From NCBI GenBank assembly GCA_965602855.1, contig CBFCZV010000005.1:9559-73558 (forward strand): 64,000 nt of DNA. The letters run 5' to 3'. Position numbers and translations under genes: made by a program. Source of the stretch: an uncultured Gammaproteobacteria bacterium. Lineage in GTDB: Bacteria > Pseudomonadota > Gammaproteobacteria > SZUA-229. The notes beneath the pieces were generated by a model that saw only the letters and a list, made by a program, of their open reading frames with translations, was not told the DNA's origin and did not search any database. The first letter of the stretch is position 1. Each line of letters opens with the position of its first letter. This document shows positions 37,860 to 47,883 of this stretch, in pieces.

Positions 37860-39092
37860 ATGAGTGCTGAAACTAAAACCTGTGATGTGCTAATTATCGG
37901 CGGTGGCCTCGCCGGTGCCAGTCTCGCCTGTGCGCTGGAAGCCAGTGGTTTGTCGATTGAGATAATCGAAGCGCACCCGCTCAACACCGATAGCCAGCCC
38001 TGTTATGATGACCGCACCGTAGCGCTGTCTTATGGTAGTCGGGTTATTTTCGAAGCCATGGGTTTATGGGAGGCCATGGCCGATAAAATCGAGGCTATAA
38101 AAACCATTCATATTTCAGATCGTGGCCATTTGGGCGTGACGCGTTTACGCCATGATGAAGAGGGTGTTGAGGCTCTGGGTTATGTGGCTGAGAATCGAGT
38201 GTTGGGTGAAGTTTTGTATCAGCGTCTGGCCGATAATAAGAATGTGAGCATGCACTGTCCTGCACAAGTGTTGAATTTGCAGCAGTCTGAGGAATCGGTA
38301 TCAGTGTGTTATCAGCAGGATGGCGAAGAACATGCGTTGACGGCGGGGCTGCTGATTGTTGCCGATGGCGTGAACTCAAAAACTCGTGAGATGTTACAAA
38401 TCGGCGTCAGCCGACAGGATTACCAGCAGAGCGCGGTGATTACTAATGTCACGCCGGGGCAGCCACATCAGAATATTGCTTACGAGCGTTTCACCGATAC
38501 CGGCCCACTGGCCTTTTTGCCGATAACGGATAATCGTTGTTCGGTGGTCTGGACGGTGCCCAGCGAGCAGGCGGACGAACTGGCTGCGCTGGATGAGGAA
38601 ACCTTTCTTGAAAAACTCCAGCAGCGATTTGGCTTTCGCCTTGGCTATTTGCAGAAAACCGGACAGCGGCATGTCTACCCTCTGGCGCTGGTTGAAGCAA
38701 CACAGGTGGTGCGTGGTCGCGTGGTGCTGATGGGTAATGCCGCACACGCCATTCATCCGGTGGCGGGGCAGGGATTTAATCTGGCGCTGCGGGATATTGC
38801 ATTGCTGGCTGAATTGCTGACTTTGTCATCATCTCAGTCGATGCAGGAAACGCTGGCTACTTACGTGGAGATGCGTGAGCAGGATGCGCAGCAGGTTTAT
38901 CGCCTGACTGATACATTGGTGAAAGTGTTTTCTAATGATTTTTTTGTGCTGGGGCATGCTCGTTCAGTTGGCTTGTTGGCCACAGATTTGATGCCCTTTG
39001 TAAAGCACAAACTGGCACGCCAGAGCATGGGTCTGAGTGGCCGCCTGTCTCGTCTGGGTCGAGGCTTGAAGCTGGGTAGATCGCATGTCTGA
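37860..39092 (+). CDS. ubiH: FAD-dependent ubiquinone biosynthesis hydroxylase UbiH.
   Basis: An FAD Rossmann motif (DVLIIGGGLAGASLA) and a GD motif are present. The position matches the ubiH-ubiI tandem of E. coli and Pseudomonas. Confidence 0.8.
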   Translation: MSAETKTCDVLIIGGGLAGASLACALEASGLSIEIIEAHPLNTDSQPCYDDRTVALSYGSRVIFEAMGLWEAMADKIEAIKTIHISDRGHLGVTRLRHDEEGVEALGYVAENRVLGEVLYQRLADNKNVSMHCPAQVLNLQQSEESVSVCYQQDGEEHALTAGLLIVADGVNSKTREMLQIGVSRQDYQQSAVITNVTPGQPHQNIAYERFTDTGPLAFLPITDNRCSVVWTVPSEQADELAALDEETFLEKLQQRFGFRLGYLQKTGQRHVYPLALVEATQVVRGRVVLMGNAAHAIHPVAGQGFNLALRDIALLAELLTLSSSQSMQETLATYVEMREQDAQQVYRLTDTLVKVFSNDFFVLGHARSVGLLATDLMPFVKHKLARQSMGLSGRLSRLGRGLKLGRSHV

Positions 39093-40269
39093 AAATAGTC
39101 GAACTCACTATGATGTGCTGATTGTCGGCGGTGGCATGGTTGGCCTGACGCTGGCCAATCTATTGCATGATTCCGGTTTGCAGATTGGCGTGCTTGAAAA
39201 GTTTGAACCAAAGGAAGTGGGTGACGAGGTGGATATTCGTGTCTCGGCGATCAATCGTGCTTCCCTGAATATTTTTAAGTCTATCGGCGCCTGGCCAGAA
39301 ATGGCGATGCGTGCCGGTGTCTATCACGATATGCACGTCTGGGATTCGACCGGTGCTGGCATGATTCATTTTGATGCCGCTGAAGCCGGTCTGGATGCAC
39401 TGGGTTACATTATCAAAAACACTGTGATTCAACAGGCTTTGCAGCGTAGCCTTGAGACGGCTGACAATATTGACTGGATTTGTCCGGCCATCATTAACAC
39501 AATTAAATTAGGTGATGACGTTCAGCAATTACACCTTGATGACGGGCGTATCCTGGAGTGCAGTTTACTCGCCGGTGCTGATGGCTCACGCTCACAGGTG
39601 AGAGCCGCGGCAGGAATTGAGTTCGAGCGCGTATCTTACGGGCAGCGGGCGATCGTCTGCACCGTGGAAACTGAGCAGCCACACGCTGAGACCGCATGGC
39701 AGTGTTTCACCCCGGATGGCCCACTGGCTTTTTTGCCTTTGGTGAATGGCCAGAGCTCCATTGTCTGGTCGCTGGAAGAGAACAAGGTGGATGCCATGCT
39801 GGTGCTGGATGAAACCGCGTTTTGCCGTGAGCTGGAACAGGCGTTTGAATATCAGTTGGGAACGGTTAAGTTGGTTAGCTCGCGAGCCGCTTTCCCGCTG
39901 GGTCATGGTCATGTCGATCAATACGTGCAGAATGGTTTGGCGCTGGTTGGTGATGCAGCTCATAACATCCATCCACTGGCGGGTCAGGGTGCTAACCTCG
40001 GCTTTCTCGACGCGGCGGCGCTGGCAGAAGTCATCATGCAGGCTCATGCAGCCAATCGACAGTGGTTTGCTTTGCACACGCTGAGAAAATACGAGCGTGC
40101 GCGTAAGGGAGAAAACCAGCTGATGGAATCGGCCATGACCGGTTTTAAATTATTGTTTAGCAACGATAGTCCTGTTCTATCCACGGTGCGCAATGCGGGT
40201 CTGGTGATGGTCGATGAACTGCCAGTAATAAAACAGCAGTTTATGAGGCATGCTTTGGGTGCTGATTAA
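39085..40269 (+). CDS. ubiI: FAD-dependent ubiquinone biosynthesis hydroxylase UbiI/VisC-like.
   Basis: DVLIVGGGMVGLTLA is present. It is a paralogue of the previous gene, overlaps its stop codon, and its position matches visC. Confidence 0.75.
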   Translation: MSENSRTHYDVLIVGGGMVGLTLANLLHDSGLQIGVLEKFEPKEVGDEVDIRVSAINRASLNIFKSIGAWPEMAMRAGVYHDMHVWDSTGAGMIHFDAAEAGLDALGYIIKNTVIQQALQRSLETADNIDWICPAIINTIKLGDDVQQLHLDDGRILECSLLAGADGSRSQVRAAAGIEFERVSYGQRAIVCTVETEQPHAETAWQCFTPDGPLAFLPLVNGQSSIVWSLEENKVDAMLVLDETAFCRELEQAFEYQLGTVKLVSSRAAFPLGHGHVDQYVQNGLALVGDAAHNIHPLAGQGANLGFLDAAALAEVIMQAHAANRQWFALHTLRKYERARKGENQLMESAMTGFKLLFSNDSPVLSTVRNAGLVMVDELPVIKQQFMRHALGAD

Positions 40270-40349
40270 GATAAAATTTGGGGTATTTTTCGCAAGGAAC
40301 GTAGTAGCATAGGCCTTCGAATTATTGAATAAATATTGAGTTTGTAGCG

Positions 40350-41432
40350 ATGAGCCAGAAGACAGTTTTATACGACAAGCACGTTGAATATGGCGGCAAG
40401 ATGGTGGACTTTGCTGGCTGGCAGATGCCGGTGAATTATGGTTCACAGATGGATGAACATCATTATGTGCGTCAGGATGCGGGCATGTTTGACGTTTCGC
40501 ATATGACCATTGTTGATTTAAAAGGCGAGCGCGTTACTGATTTCCTGCGTTATTTACTGGCCAATGATGTCGCCAAACTGAAAGAGGAAGGCAAGGCTCT
40601 ATACAGCTGCATGCTTAAAGAAGACGGTGGTGTGATTGACGATCTCATCGTTTATTACATGAATGATAGCTGGTATCGCATGGTAGTGAATGCCGGAACG
40701 CGTGGTAAAGATATGGTATGGATCAACCAGCAGGCGCCGAGTTTCAGTGTAGATGTCAATGAACGCGCTGATACTGCCATGATCGCTGTGCAGGGTCCGA
40801 AGGCGATTGAAAAAGCTATTTCAGTTTTGCCAGTGGATGAGGTTGAAGTGGTGGCCGAGATGAAGCGATTCTCTGGTGCGGATTGTGGTGAGTGGTTTAT
40901 CGGACGTACGGGTTATACCGGTGAAGATGGTTTTGAGATCATGCTGCCCGAATCCGAAGCGCCTGCGTTCTGGGATAAACTGGCACACGCGGGTGTGAAG
41001 CCCTGTGGTTTAGGTGCACGTGACACCCTGCGTTTGGAAGCTGGTATGAACCTTTATGGCTCGGATATGACAGAAGAAACCTCTCCGCTGATTTCAGGTC
41101 TGGGCTGGACGATTGCGTGGCAGCCGGAAGATCGAGATTTTATTGGTCGTGCTGCCATTGCGCAGGAACGTGAGCAGGGTGTCAGCCAGAAAATAGTTGG
41201 TCTGGTGCTGGAAGAACGTGGCGTTTTGCGCGGTCATCAGAAAGTCGTGGTTGAAAATGTTGGTGAAGGTGAGATTACTAGTGGCACTTTTTCTCCAACT
41301 TTGAAACAATCCATAGCTCTGGCACGAGTACCGGCTGAGACGGGTGAATCCTGTCAGGTTGAGATTCGTGGAAAGTTATTAAATGCCCGCGTGGTGAAGC
41401 CGGTTTTTGTGCGTGATGGCAAACCCGTATAA
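40350..41432 (+). CDS. gcvT: Glycine cleavage system aminomethyltransferase T protein.
   Basis: The GcvT fold is present along the full length ([20 protein letters not shown]). Confidence 0.95.
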   Translation: MSQKTVLYDKHVEYGGKMVDFAGWQMPVNYGSQMDEHHYVRQDAGMFDVSHMTIVDLKGERVTDFLRYLLANDVAKLKEEGKALYSCMLKEDGGVIDDLIVYYMNDSWYRMVVNAGTRGKDMVWINQQAPSFSVDVNERADTAMIAVQGPKAIEKAISVLPVDEVEVVAEMKRFSGADCGEWFIGRTGYTGEDGFEIMLPESEAPAFWDKLAHAGVKPCGLGARDTLRLEAGMNLYGSDMTEETSPLISGLGWTIAWQPEDRDFIGRAAIAQEREQGVSQKIVGLVLEERGVLRGHQKVVVENVGEGEITSGTFSPTLKQSIALARVPAETGESCQVEIRGKLLNARVVKPVFVRDGKPV

Positions 41433-41471
41433 AAGAATAAATATATAGAAAAGTAATAGGACGGATTTATT

Positions 41472-41858
41472 ATGAGTGATGTACCTTCAGAATTAAAATA
41501 CACAGCAGCGCACGAATGGGTGCGTCAGGAAGGCGATGGCAGTGTCACCATCGGTATTACCGATCACGCGCAGGAATTACTGGGCGATCTGGTGTTCGTT
41601 GAATTGCCGGAAGTGGGTTCAGACTTAACCGTAGGTGATGCCTGTTGTGTAGTGGAATCCGTGAAAGCGGCTTCGGATGTGTACATGCCGATCAGTGGCG
41701 AAATCACCGAGGTGAATGAAGTGCTGGCTGATGCGCCGGAGACCATCAATGATTCTGCTTTTGATGATGGCTGGTTGTTCAAAGTTCAGCCCTCCGCTGA
41801 GGTCGAGCTGGATGATCTGATGGATGCCGATGCTTATGAGGCTGAGATTGCCGACTAG
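41472..41858 (+). CDS. gcvH: Glycine cleavage system H protein (lipoyl carrier).
   Basis: The lipoyl-Lys motif ESVKAASD is present. Confidence 0.95.
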   Translation: MSDVPSELKYTAAHEWVRQEGDGSVTIGITDHAQELLGDLVFVELPEVGSDLTVGDACCVVESVKAASDVYMPISGEITEVNEVLADAPETINDSAFDDGWLFKVQPSAEVELDDLMDADAYEAEIAD

Positions 41859-41941
41859 TTTTGATGAATACCTCTGTCATGACCGCCCGGTTTTGGCGGA
41901 GGTGTTTTTTATTTTTTAATACTAAAACGTAACCCAAGCCA

Positions 41942-43300
41942 ATGCCCTTTATTCCCCATACTGAACAGGAAATCGCTGAGATGTTGCAGGCGATTGGTGT
42001 CAATGACATCAGTGTATTGTTCGAAGAGATCCCTGCTCATTTATTAGCCGGTGAATTATCTGAAGTGCCGGTAGGCATGAATGAAATGGAAATTTCACGC
42101 TTGATGCATGCACGTGCGGCGCAGCATCCGCAGTCGGTTTGTTTTCTAGGAGCTGGTGCTTACGAGCATCATATCCCAGCAGCGGTCTGGGAAATCACCA
42201 CACGTGGTGAATATTACAGCGCCTACACGCCGTATCAGGCTGAGGCTTCACAGGGCACTTTGCAGCTAACCTACGAATACCAGAGCATGATGACGGCACT
42301 GACCGGCATGGATGTTTCGAACGCCTCTTTGTACGATGGTGCTTCTGGACTGGCGGAAGCTGTGTTGATGGCGGTACGCGGTAATCGTAAATCAAAGTCG
42401 CGCAAAATTTTGCTGCCGACTACGGTGCATCCGGCTTATAGAAAAACTACGCAGACGATAGTTCAGGGTCAGAACATCGAACTGTGCGAAGTGGCTTATG
42501 ACGAAGCTAGTGGTGTCACTAGTCTGGATGCTTTTAAACAACAGGCCGGTGATGACATCACCGCTGTAGTGATTCAACAACCCAATTTCTTTGGTAATCT
42601 GGAAGCAGTGGATGAGATTACTGACTGGGCGCACGAGAATAATATTCTGGTGATTGCAGTGGTGAATCCTCTAACACTGGCAATTTTGAAAGCGCCGGGT
42701 GAGTGGGGAGCTAACGGTGTAGATATCGCCTGTGGTGATGGTCAGCCTCTGGGCGCGCCATTGTCAGCCGGTGGCCCTTATTACGGTTTTATCTGTTGTA
42801 CGCAGGCACTGGTTCGTCAGATGCCGGGTCGCATCGTCGGTCGCACGGTCGATCAGGATGGCAAGGAAGGTTTTGTCTTAACCCTGCAGGCGCGTGAGCA
42901 ACATATCCGCCGTTCCAAAGCGACGTCTAATATTTGTACTAATCAGGGACTGGTGGTGACTGCTTCGACCATACATATGTCGATACTGGGTGCCAGTGGT
43001 TTGGAAAAAGCCGCGGCTGCCTGTCACGCCAATACGGTCTCGCTGGTAAAACAGTTGTCGCAAATTGATGGTGTTGAGTGTGCCTTTAATCATCCTTATT
43101 TTCACGAAGCCGTGTTGAAGTTAAAGAAACCGGCGAGTGAAGTGTTGGTGGAGTTGGCAGAGAAAAATATTCTGGGTGGTTATGATTTATCTGAATCTTA
43201 TCCCGAGCTGGGTAATGCAATTTTAGTTTGCGCCACTGAAATGCGAACCGATGAAGAGATTAGTGCTTACGCAAAAGCACTAGTAGAGGTGATCGCCTGA
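41942..43300 (+). CDS. gcvPA: Glycine dehydrogenase (decarboxylating) subunit 1.
   Basis: It is the N-terminal half of the split P-protein. It overlaps the gcvPB start. Confidence 0.95.
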   Translation: MPFIPHTEQEIAEMLQAIGVNDISVLFEEIPAHLLAGELSEVPVGMNEMEISRLMHARAAQHPQSVCFLGAGAYEHHIPAAVWEITTRGEYYSAYTPYQAEASQGTLQLTYEYQSMMTALTGMDVSNASLYDGASGLAEAVLMAVRGNRKSKSRKILLPTTVHPAYRKTTQTIVQGQNIELCEVAYDEASGVTSLDAFKQQAGDDITAVVIQQPNFFGNLEAVDEITDWAHENNILVIAVVNPLTLAILKAPGEWGANGVDIACGDGQPLGAPLSAGGPYYGFICCTQALVRQMPGRIVGRTVDQDGKEGFVLTLQAREQHIRRSKATSNICTNQGLVVTASTIHMSILGASGLEKAAAACHANTVSLVKQLSQIDGVECAFNHPYFHEAVLKLKKPASEVLVELAEKNILGGYDLSESYPELGNAILVCATEMRTDEEISAYAKALVEVIA

Positions 43301-44757
43301 TGTTAATTTTCGAACATTCAAAAGCCGGTCGAGAAGGTGCGCCACAGTCACCGAAGAAAAAAGCCAGTGTCATCGATATTCCTGATTCCTTTTTGAGAAA
43401 ACAAAGTGCAGCCTTGCCCGAAGTTTCAGAAATGCAGGCAGTGCGTCATTACACACAGCTGTCGCAAAAGAATTTTTCTATTGATACCCATTTCTATCCA
43501 CTGGGTTCGTGCACCATGAAGTACAACCCGCGCGCCTGTAATACGCTGGCGATGTTGCCGGGCTTTTTGTCGCGTCACCCGATGGCACCCGAAGCACAGT
43601 CGCAGGGTTTTCTTGCCTGCATGTACGAGCTGCAAACCATGTTGTCTGATGTCACCGGTATGGCGGCTTTCTCGTTGGCACCGATGGCCGGCGCACAGGG
43701 TGAGTTTGCCGGTGTCGCCATGATCGAGGCTTATCACAAGTCACGCGGCGACGATGCGCGTAAAGAAATTTTAGTGCCGAATGCAGCGCACGGTACTAAT
43801 CCGGCCACTGCCACCATGTGTGGTTTCAGTGTGCGTGAAATTCCAACGCTGGAAAATGGTGACGTTGATCTTGAAGCTTTAAAAGCCGCCGTCGGCCCCG
43901 AAACTGCGGGGCTAATGCTGACCAATCCTTCAACGCTAGGTGTGTTCGAACGCCAGATCGAAACCATCGCTAAAGTGGTACATGAGGCGGGCGGTCTGCT
44001 GTATTACGATGGTGCCAACCTGAATGCGATTCTCGGAAAAATTCGACCCGGTGATATGGGTTTTGATGTAATCCACAGTAATCTGCATAAAACATTTTCA
44101 ACGCCCCACGGTGGTGGTGGCCCCGGTGCTGGTGCGGTCGGTGTTGCTGAAAGACTGAAACCATTTTTACCGCTACCCGTTGTCACCAAAGAAGGTGAAG
44201 ACTATCGCTGGATGACGGAGAAAGATTTGCCGGAAACGATAGGCCGCTTATCTGCGTTCATGGGCAATGCGGGTGTACTGTTACGCGCTTATATTTACAT
44301 GCGCATGCTGGGTCGTGAAGGTATGGTGCGAGTGGCTGAGTTTGCTACCTTGAATGCCAACTATATGATGAGTGAGGCCAAACGCCGAGGTTTTGAACTG
44401 GCGATTCCTGATCGACGAGCCAGTCATGAATTTATTATCACGCTGAAAAATGAAGCGCGTGATCTACACGTAACGGCGATGGACTTCGCTAAACGCTTAC
44501 TGGATTTAGGCTACCACGCACCAACTACCTATTTCCCTCTGCTGGTGCCTGAGTGTTTATTGATCGAGCCAACAGAAACCGAAGCCAAGGAAGCGCTGGA
44601 TGGTTTTATGGGTGCGTTAGAACAAATTCGTGAAGAAGCCAAAACCGATGTCGACCTGGTTAAGGGCGCGCCTTATACCTTGCCGGTAAAACGTCTGGAT
44701 GAAGTCAGAGCTGCACGTCAGCTCGATCTTGCCTGGAAGGGCGATGAAGTTGAATAG
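43300..44757 (+). CDS. gcvPB: Glycine dehydrogenase (decarboxylating) subunit 2 (PLP-binding).
   Basis: The PLP-Lys region [18 protein letters not shown] is present. Confidence 0.95.
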   Translation: MLIFEHSKAGREGAPQSPKKKASVIDIPDSFLRKQSAALPEVSEMQAVRHYTQLSQKNFSIDTHFYPLGSCTMKYNPRACNTLAMLPGFLSRHPMAPEAQSQGFLACMYELQTMLSDVTGMAAFSLAPMAGAQGEFAGVAMIEAYHKSRGDDARKEILVPNAAHGTNPATATMCGFSVREIPTLENGDVDLEALKAAVGPETAGLMLTNPSTLGVFERQIETIAKVVHEAGGLLYYDGANLNAILGKIRPGDMGFDVIHSNLHKTFSTPHGGGGPGAGAVGVAERLKPFLPLPVVTKEGEDYRWMTEKDLPETIGRLSAFMGNAGVLLRAYIYMRMLGREGMVRVAEFATLNANYMMSEAKRRGFELAIPDRRASHEFIITLKNEARDLHVTAMDFAKRLLDLGYHAPTTYFPLLVPECLLIEPTETEAKEALDGFMGALEQIREEAKTDVDLVKGAPYTLPVKRLDEVRAARQLDLAWKGDEVE

Positions 44758-44760
44758 AGC

Positions 44761-45474
44761 TTAGAGTTTTCGCACGCAGTTTCGGCCATCTGACTTGGCC
44801 TGATACAGCGCCTTATCAGCGCGGTCTATCAGTGATTCCGAATCATCTGAAGATGGATCCAGTTCCGCAACACCAAAACTTGAGGTGACACGTCCAATCT
44901 TGAAGCGGTGTTGTTCTATATCCTGTTTTAATCTTTGTGCGTGCTCTGTTGCGCCTTCTAAACCCGTGGATGTTGCGAGTATGATGAACTCCTCACCGCC
45001 ATAACGTGCGAAAATATCCGAACTGCGGTTGGCGTTGGAAATGATATCGGTGAATTCTTTCAGAACAACATCACCGGTCGCATGGCCGTGAGTATCGTTA
45101 ATTTGTTTAAAATGATCTATATCTAAAAAGATAACCGAGAGCTGCCCGCCGTAGCGTTTGACTTTATCAGTTTCGGCATCCATCAAACGAGTGAAATGCA
45201 GGCGGTTATATATGCCGGTGAGTGAGTCAGTGTAAGCGACTTCTTTTAGCTGATCACCGAGTAGTTTAATACGTGCCAGTAAATAGCCGAATAAGATACC
45301 AGCGAAAGTTGGCATAATGAATGAGATGTAACTTAATTCTATGCCGAGTATAAATTTGGCATGAACAACATTCAGTTCCGCAGTAAATAAGCAGGCCAGA
45401 AGCATATAGACAGCGTAAATAAAAGCCTTGCTATCAAAAATCTGAAACTGTTTAATGTTTTCGAGTGATTTCAT
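44761..45474 (-). CDS. Membrane-anchored diguanylate cyclase (two TM segments plus a GGDEF domain).
   Basis: Two N-terminal TM helices are present. The active-site motif is RYGGEEF, and the inhibitory-site RxxD is present. Confidence 0.85.
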   Translation of the reverse strand: MKSLENIKQFQIFDSKAFIYAVYMLLACLFTAELNVVHAKFILGIELSYISFIMPTFAGILFGYLLARIKLLGDQLKEVAYTDSLTGIYNRLHFTRLMDAETDKVKRYGGQLSVIFLDIDHFKQINDTHGHATGDVVLKEFTDIISNANRSSDIFARYGGEEFIILATSTGLEGATEHAQRLKQDIEQHRFKIGRVTSSFGVAELDPSSDDSESLIDRADKALYQAKSDGRNCVRKL

Positions 45475-45603
45475 GATTGGTGTGATTGTGACAGACTGTT
45501 ATCGATATTTCATCATCTATATCAATAAATTCTAATATTATTTTCAGGGGTAAAAATATCTACGCGTGCATAATATCTGGCTGGGAGATGACCGCGCCGA
45601 TGA

Positions 45604-46221
45604 TTAAGCCGTTAAATTAGCAGCGGATTCGCGCATGGTAGCCTCATCGACAACACCAGTTAAAACGCGTTCACCAAATACAAAGCTGGGTACGCTTTTA
45701 ATTTGATATTTCCTGGCTTGGTTGAAGTTTTCCAGTAGGCGTTGCTGGTGTTTTGGGTTGATCCATACGCTATCAATGAATTTGTCATCGATGCCGCAGT
45801 TTTTCGCAATCTCTCGAAGTGTGTTCCTGTTGCCGATATTTCTGTTATCAACAAAAAAAGCTGAGAATAATTTTTCATGTAGTGCGTAAAAAATTTCGCG
45901 GCCGAGTTGTTTGCTGGCTTCGGCTAACAGTAATGCGTCTTTGGAATTGGTGGTAAAAGTGTGTTCGGCCAGCGGAATATTTTCTTCTTCGGCGACACGC
46001 TTCAGGTTTTTCATTAACTCATCCCAGAACTCGGAAGAATAATCTAGATCGGTGACCGGTTCACCTTCGGCGGAATTTTCAGGGTGTATTTCCAGAAAGC
46101 ACCAGTTTATTTTCAGATCATATTCATCTTTGAGGCGCATCAGCCGGTGATGGCCAACGTAACAGAAAGGACAGATGTAATCACTGAAAACGGTAATCTG
46201 GATTTCTGGAAGACTGGACAT
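45604..46221 (-). CDS. DsbA-family (FrnE-like) thiol:disulfide oxidoreductase, cytoplasmic.
   Basis: A CPFC active site is present (FSDYICPFCYVG). There is no signal peptide. Confidence 0.75.
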   Translation of the reverse strand: MSSLPEIQITVFSDYICPFCYVGHHRLMRLKDEYDLKINWCFLEIHPENSAEGEPVTDLDYSSEFWDELMKNLKRVAEEENIPLAEHTFTTNSKDALLLAEASKQLGREIFYALHEKLFSAFFVDNRNIGNRNTLREIAKNCGIDDKFIDSVWINPKHQQRLLENFNQARKYQIKSVPSFVFGERVLTGVVDEATMRESAANLTA

Positions 46222-46231
46222 TTCATTTCTC

Positions 46232-47020
46232 TCAAAGAAATAACATTTTCAATCCTATCAGCATCATGAACAGAGCAAAGCTCTTTTTTAGTGTGTGTTC
46301 AGGCAAGCGATGCGCCAGTTTTGCACCCACGGGGGCGAACAGGAAACTGGTGATAATGATGAGTGAAAATGCAGGAAGATGCACATAGCCTAGCGTTTGA
46401 TCTGGTAAATTATTGACTGACCAGCCAGCGTAAACATAGGAGGCCGTACCAAATATGGCGATGGGAAAGCCGCAGGCGGCTGAGGTGGCGACAGCGTTGC
46501 GAATGGCAATATTGTGCCAGTGCAAAAAAGGTACGGTGAGTGTGCCGCCACCAATGCCAACGATGCTCGAAATGAGGCCGATGATAAAACCACCGGTAGT
46601 CGATTTTATTTTATCGAGTGAAACGGCGTGTTGTTGGCTCTGGTGATTCCACAATATATACAGGGCCATGATAAATTCAAAAATGCCGAAGGTGGGCTTG
46701 AGAATATCCGTTTTAATTTCGCTGGCAGCGATGCCACCAAACCAGGCACCGATGCAAATACCGGGTGCCAACAATAAAAATACTGGCCAGAGTACCGCTT
46801 GTTTTTTATGATGTGCGCGGGCGGATGAAATTGAAGTAATGATAATGGTTGCTAGCGAGGTCGCCAACGCCATGTGCATGATATGTTCAGCGGACAGGTT
46901 TTGCGCGCTGAAAATGAAATAGAGAATCGGAACGATAATGAGTCCGCCGCCCACACCCAATAATCCACTAGCCAGACCAGCGAATATGCCGGTGGCCAGA
47001 TAGAGTAATGGGTCGATCAT
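46232..47020 (-). CDS. TauE/SafE-family sulfite or anion exporter.
   Basis: Two internal repeats each carry a GxGGG motif (LGVGGGLIIVPIL; GIGGGTLTVPFL), and there are 7-8 TM helices. Confidence 0.85.
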   Translation of the reverse strand: MIDPLLYLATGIFAGLASGLLGVGGGLIIVPILYFIFSAQNLSAEHIMHMALATSLATIIITSISSARAHHKKQAVLWPVFLLLAPGICIGAWFGGIAASEIKTDILKPTFGIFEFIMALYILWNHQSQQHAVSLDKIKSTTGGFIIGLISSIVGIGGGTLTVPFLHWHNIAIRNAVATSAACGFPIAIFGTASYVYAGWSVNNLPDQTLGYVHLPAFSLIIITSFLFAPVGAKLAHRLPEHTLKKSFALFMMLIGLKMLFL

Positions 47021-47023
47021 TTT

Positions 47024-47800
47024 CTAAGCGTTATACGTGCTATGAATTTTTTCTAGTAGTTCACAATCAATCATGCTATGGCCATGAGCATTGCCTGCCA
47101 GAACATTAAATGGTTGATCAGGTTCACCCATGATATCGAGCACGATGGCCGCGCCGCTGAAATCATCGTCCTGGGTGTAGCCATTGATGGTGATGATGGT
47201 GGTCAGGTCAGCATCCTGTGATGACAGAATACCGTTACGAGAATCTTCAAAAGCTAGACACTGCTCAGGTTTTAAATCCATGGCTTTCAGGGCAAAGTTG
47301 TAAATATCACCCGCTGGTTTTTTAGCAGGTACGATGTCACCGGCAGCGATGACTTCAAACCAGTCCAGAGAAGCTGCGCCCAATGTATGGGTGAGCAGTG
47401 CGGTTACATTCTCGGGTGTGGTTGTGGTGGAAATAGCCAGACGATAGCCTTTTTCACGGGCTTCGTTGATCAATCTTTCAACACCCGGACGAAGTGGAAT
47501 TGCACCTGTTGATAGTAGCTCGGTGTAGTGACGAGTTTTGGCTGCGTGTAATTCAGGCACCATGTCGTCAAAGTTTTCAGGCAGATTATCACCGCCGAGT
47601 AGGTCGGAGACGCAGTAGCGCATGCGCTCTTTGCCACCGGTGACGGCCAGTAATTTGCCGTAGAGTTCGACATCCCAGTGCCAGTCGATACCGTATTCAT
47701 CAAAGGCTGCGTTGAAGGCGACGCGGTGACCATCTCGCTCCGTATCGGCCAGCGTGCCATCGACGTCAAAAATAAGTGCTTTTAGTGTAGTGTTTTTCAT
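47024..47800 (-). CDS. cbbY: HAD-family hydrolase, CbbY-like (xylulose-1,5-bisphosphate phosphatase family).
   Basis: HAD motif I (LIFDVDGTLADTERDGHRVAFN) and overall similarity to CbbY are present. The start was trimmed to the ATG at 47800. Confidence 0.75.
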   Translation of the reverse strand: MKNTTLKALIFDVDGTLADTERDGHRVAFNAAFDEYGIDWHWDVELYGKLLAVTGGKERMRYCVSDLLGGDNLPENFDDMVPELHAAKTRHYTELLSTGAIPLRPGVERLINEAREKGYRLAISTTTTPENVTALLTHTLGAASLDWFEVIAAGDIVPAKKPAGDIYNFALKAMDLKPEQCLAFEDSRNGILSSQDADLTTIITINGYTQDDDFSGAAIVLDIMGEPDQPFNVLAGNAHGHSMIDCELLEKIHSTYNA

Positions 47801-47883
47801 AAATGTGGATTCTACATGATCCAGCACACTGTATTCATTAGAGTCAGCACGGATTTGGTGTTAAGTTACGCCCTGTCTTTATT

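Noticed and set aside
40270-40349. Glycine riboswitch upstream of gcvT.
   Set aside because: The leader is only 80 nt and lacks the tandem aptamer core sequences (GGAGAG…CACCG/AAGGGGCAA-like).
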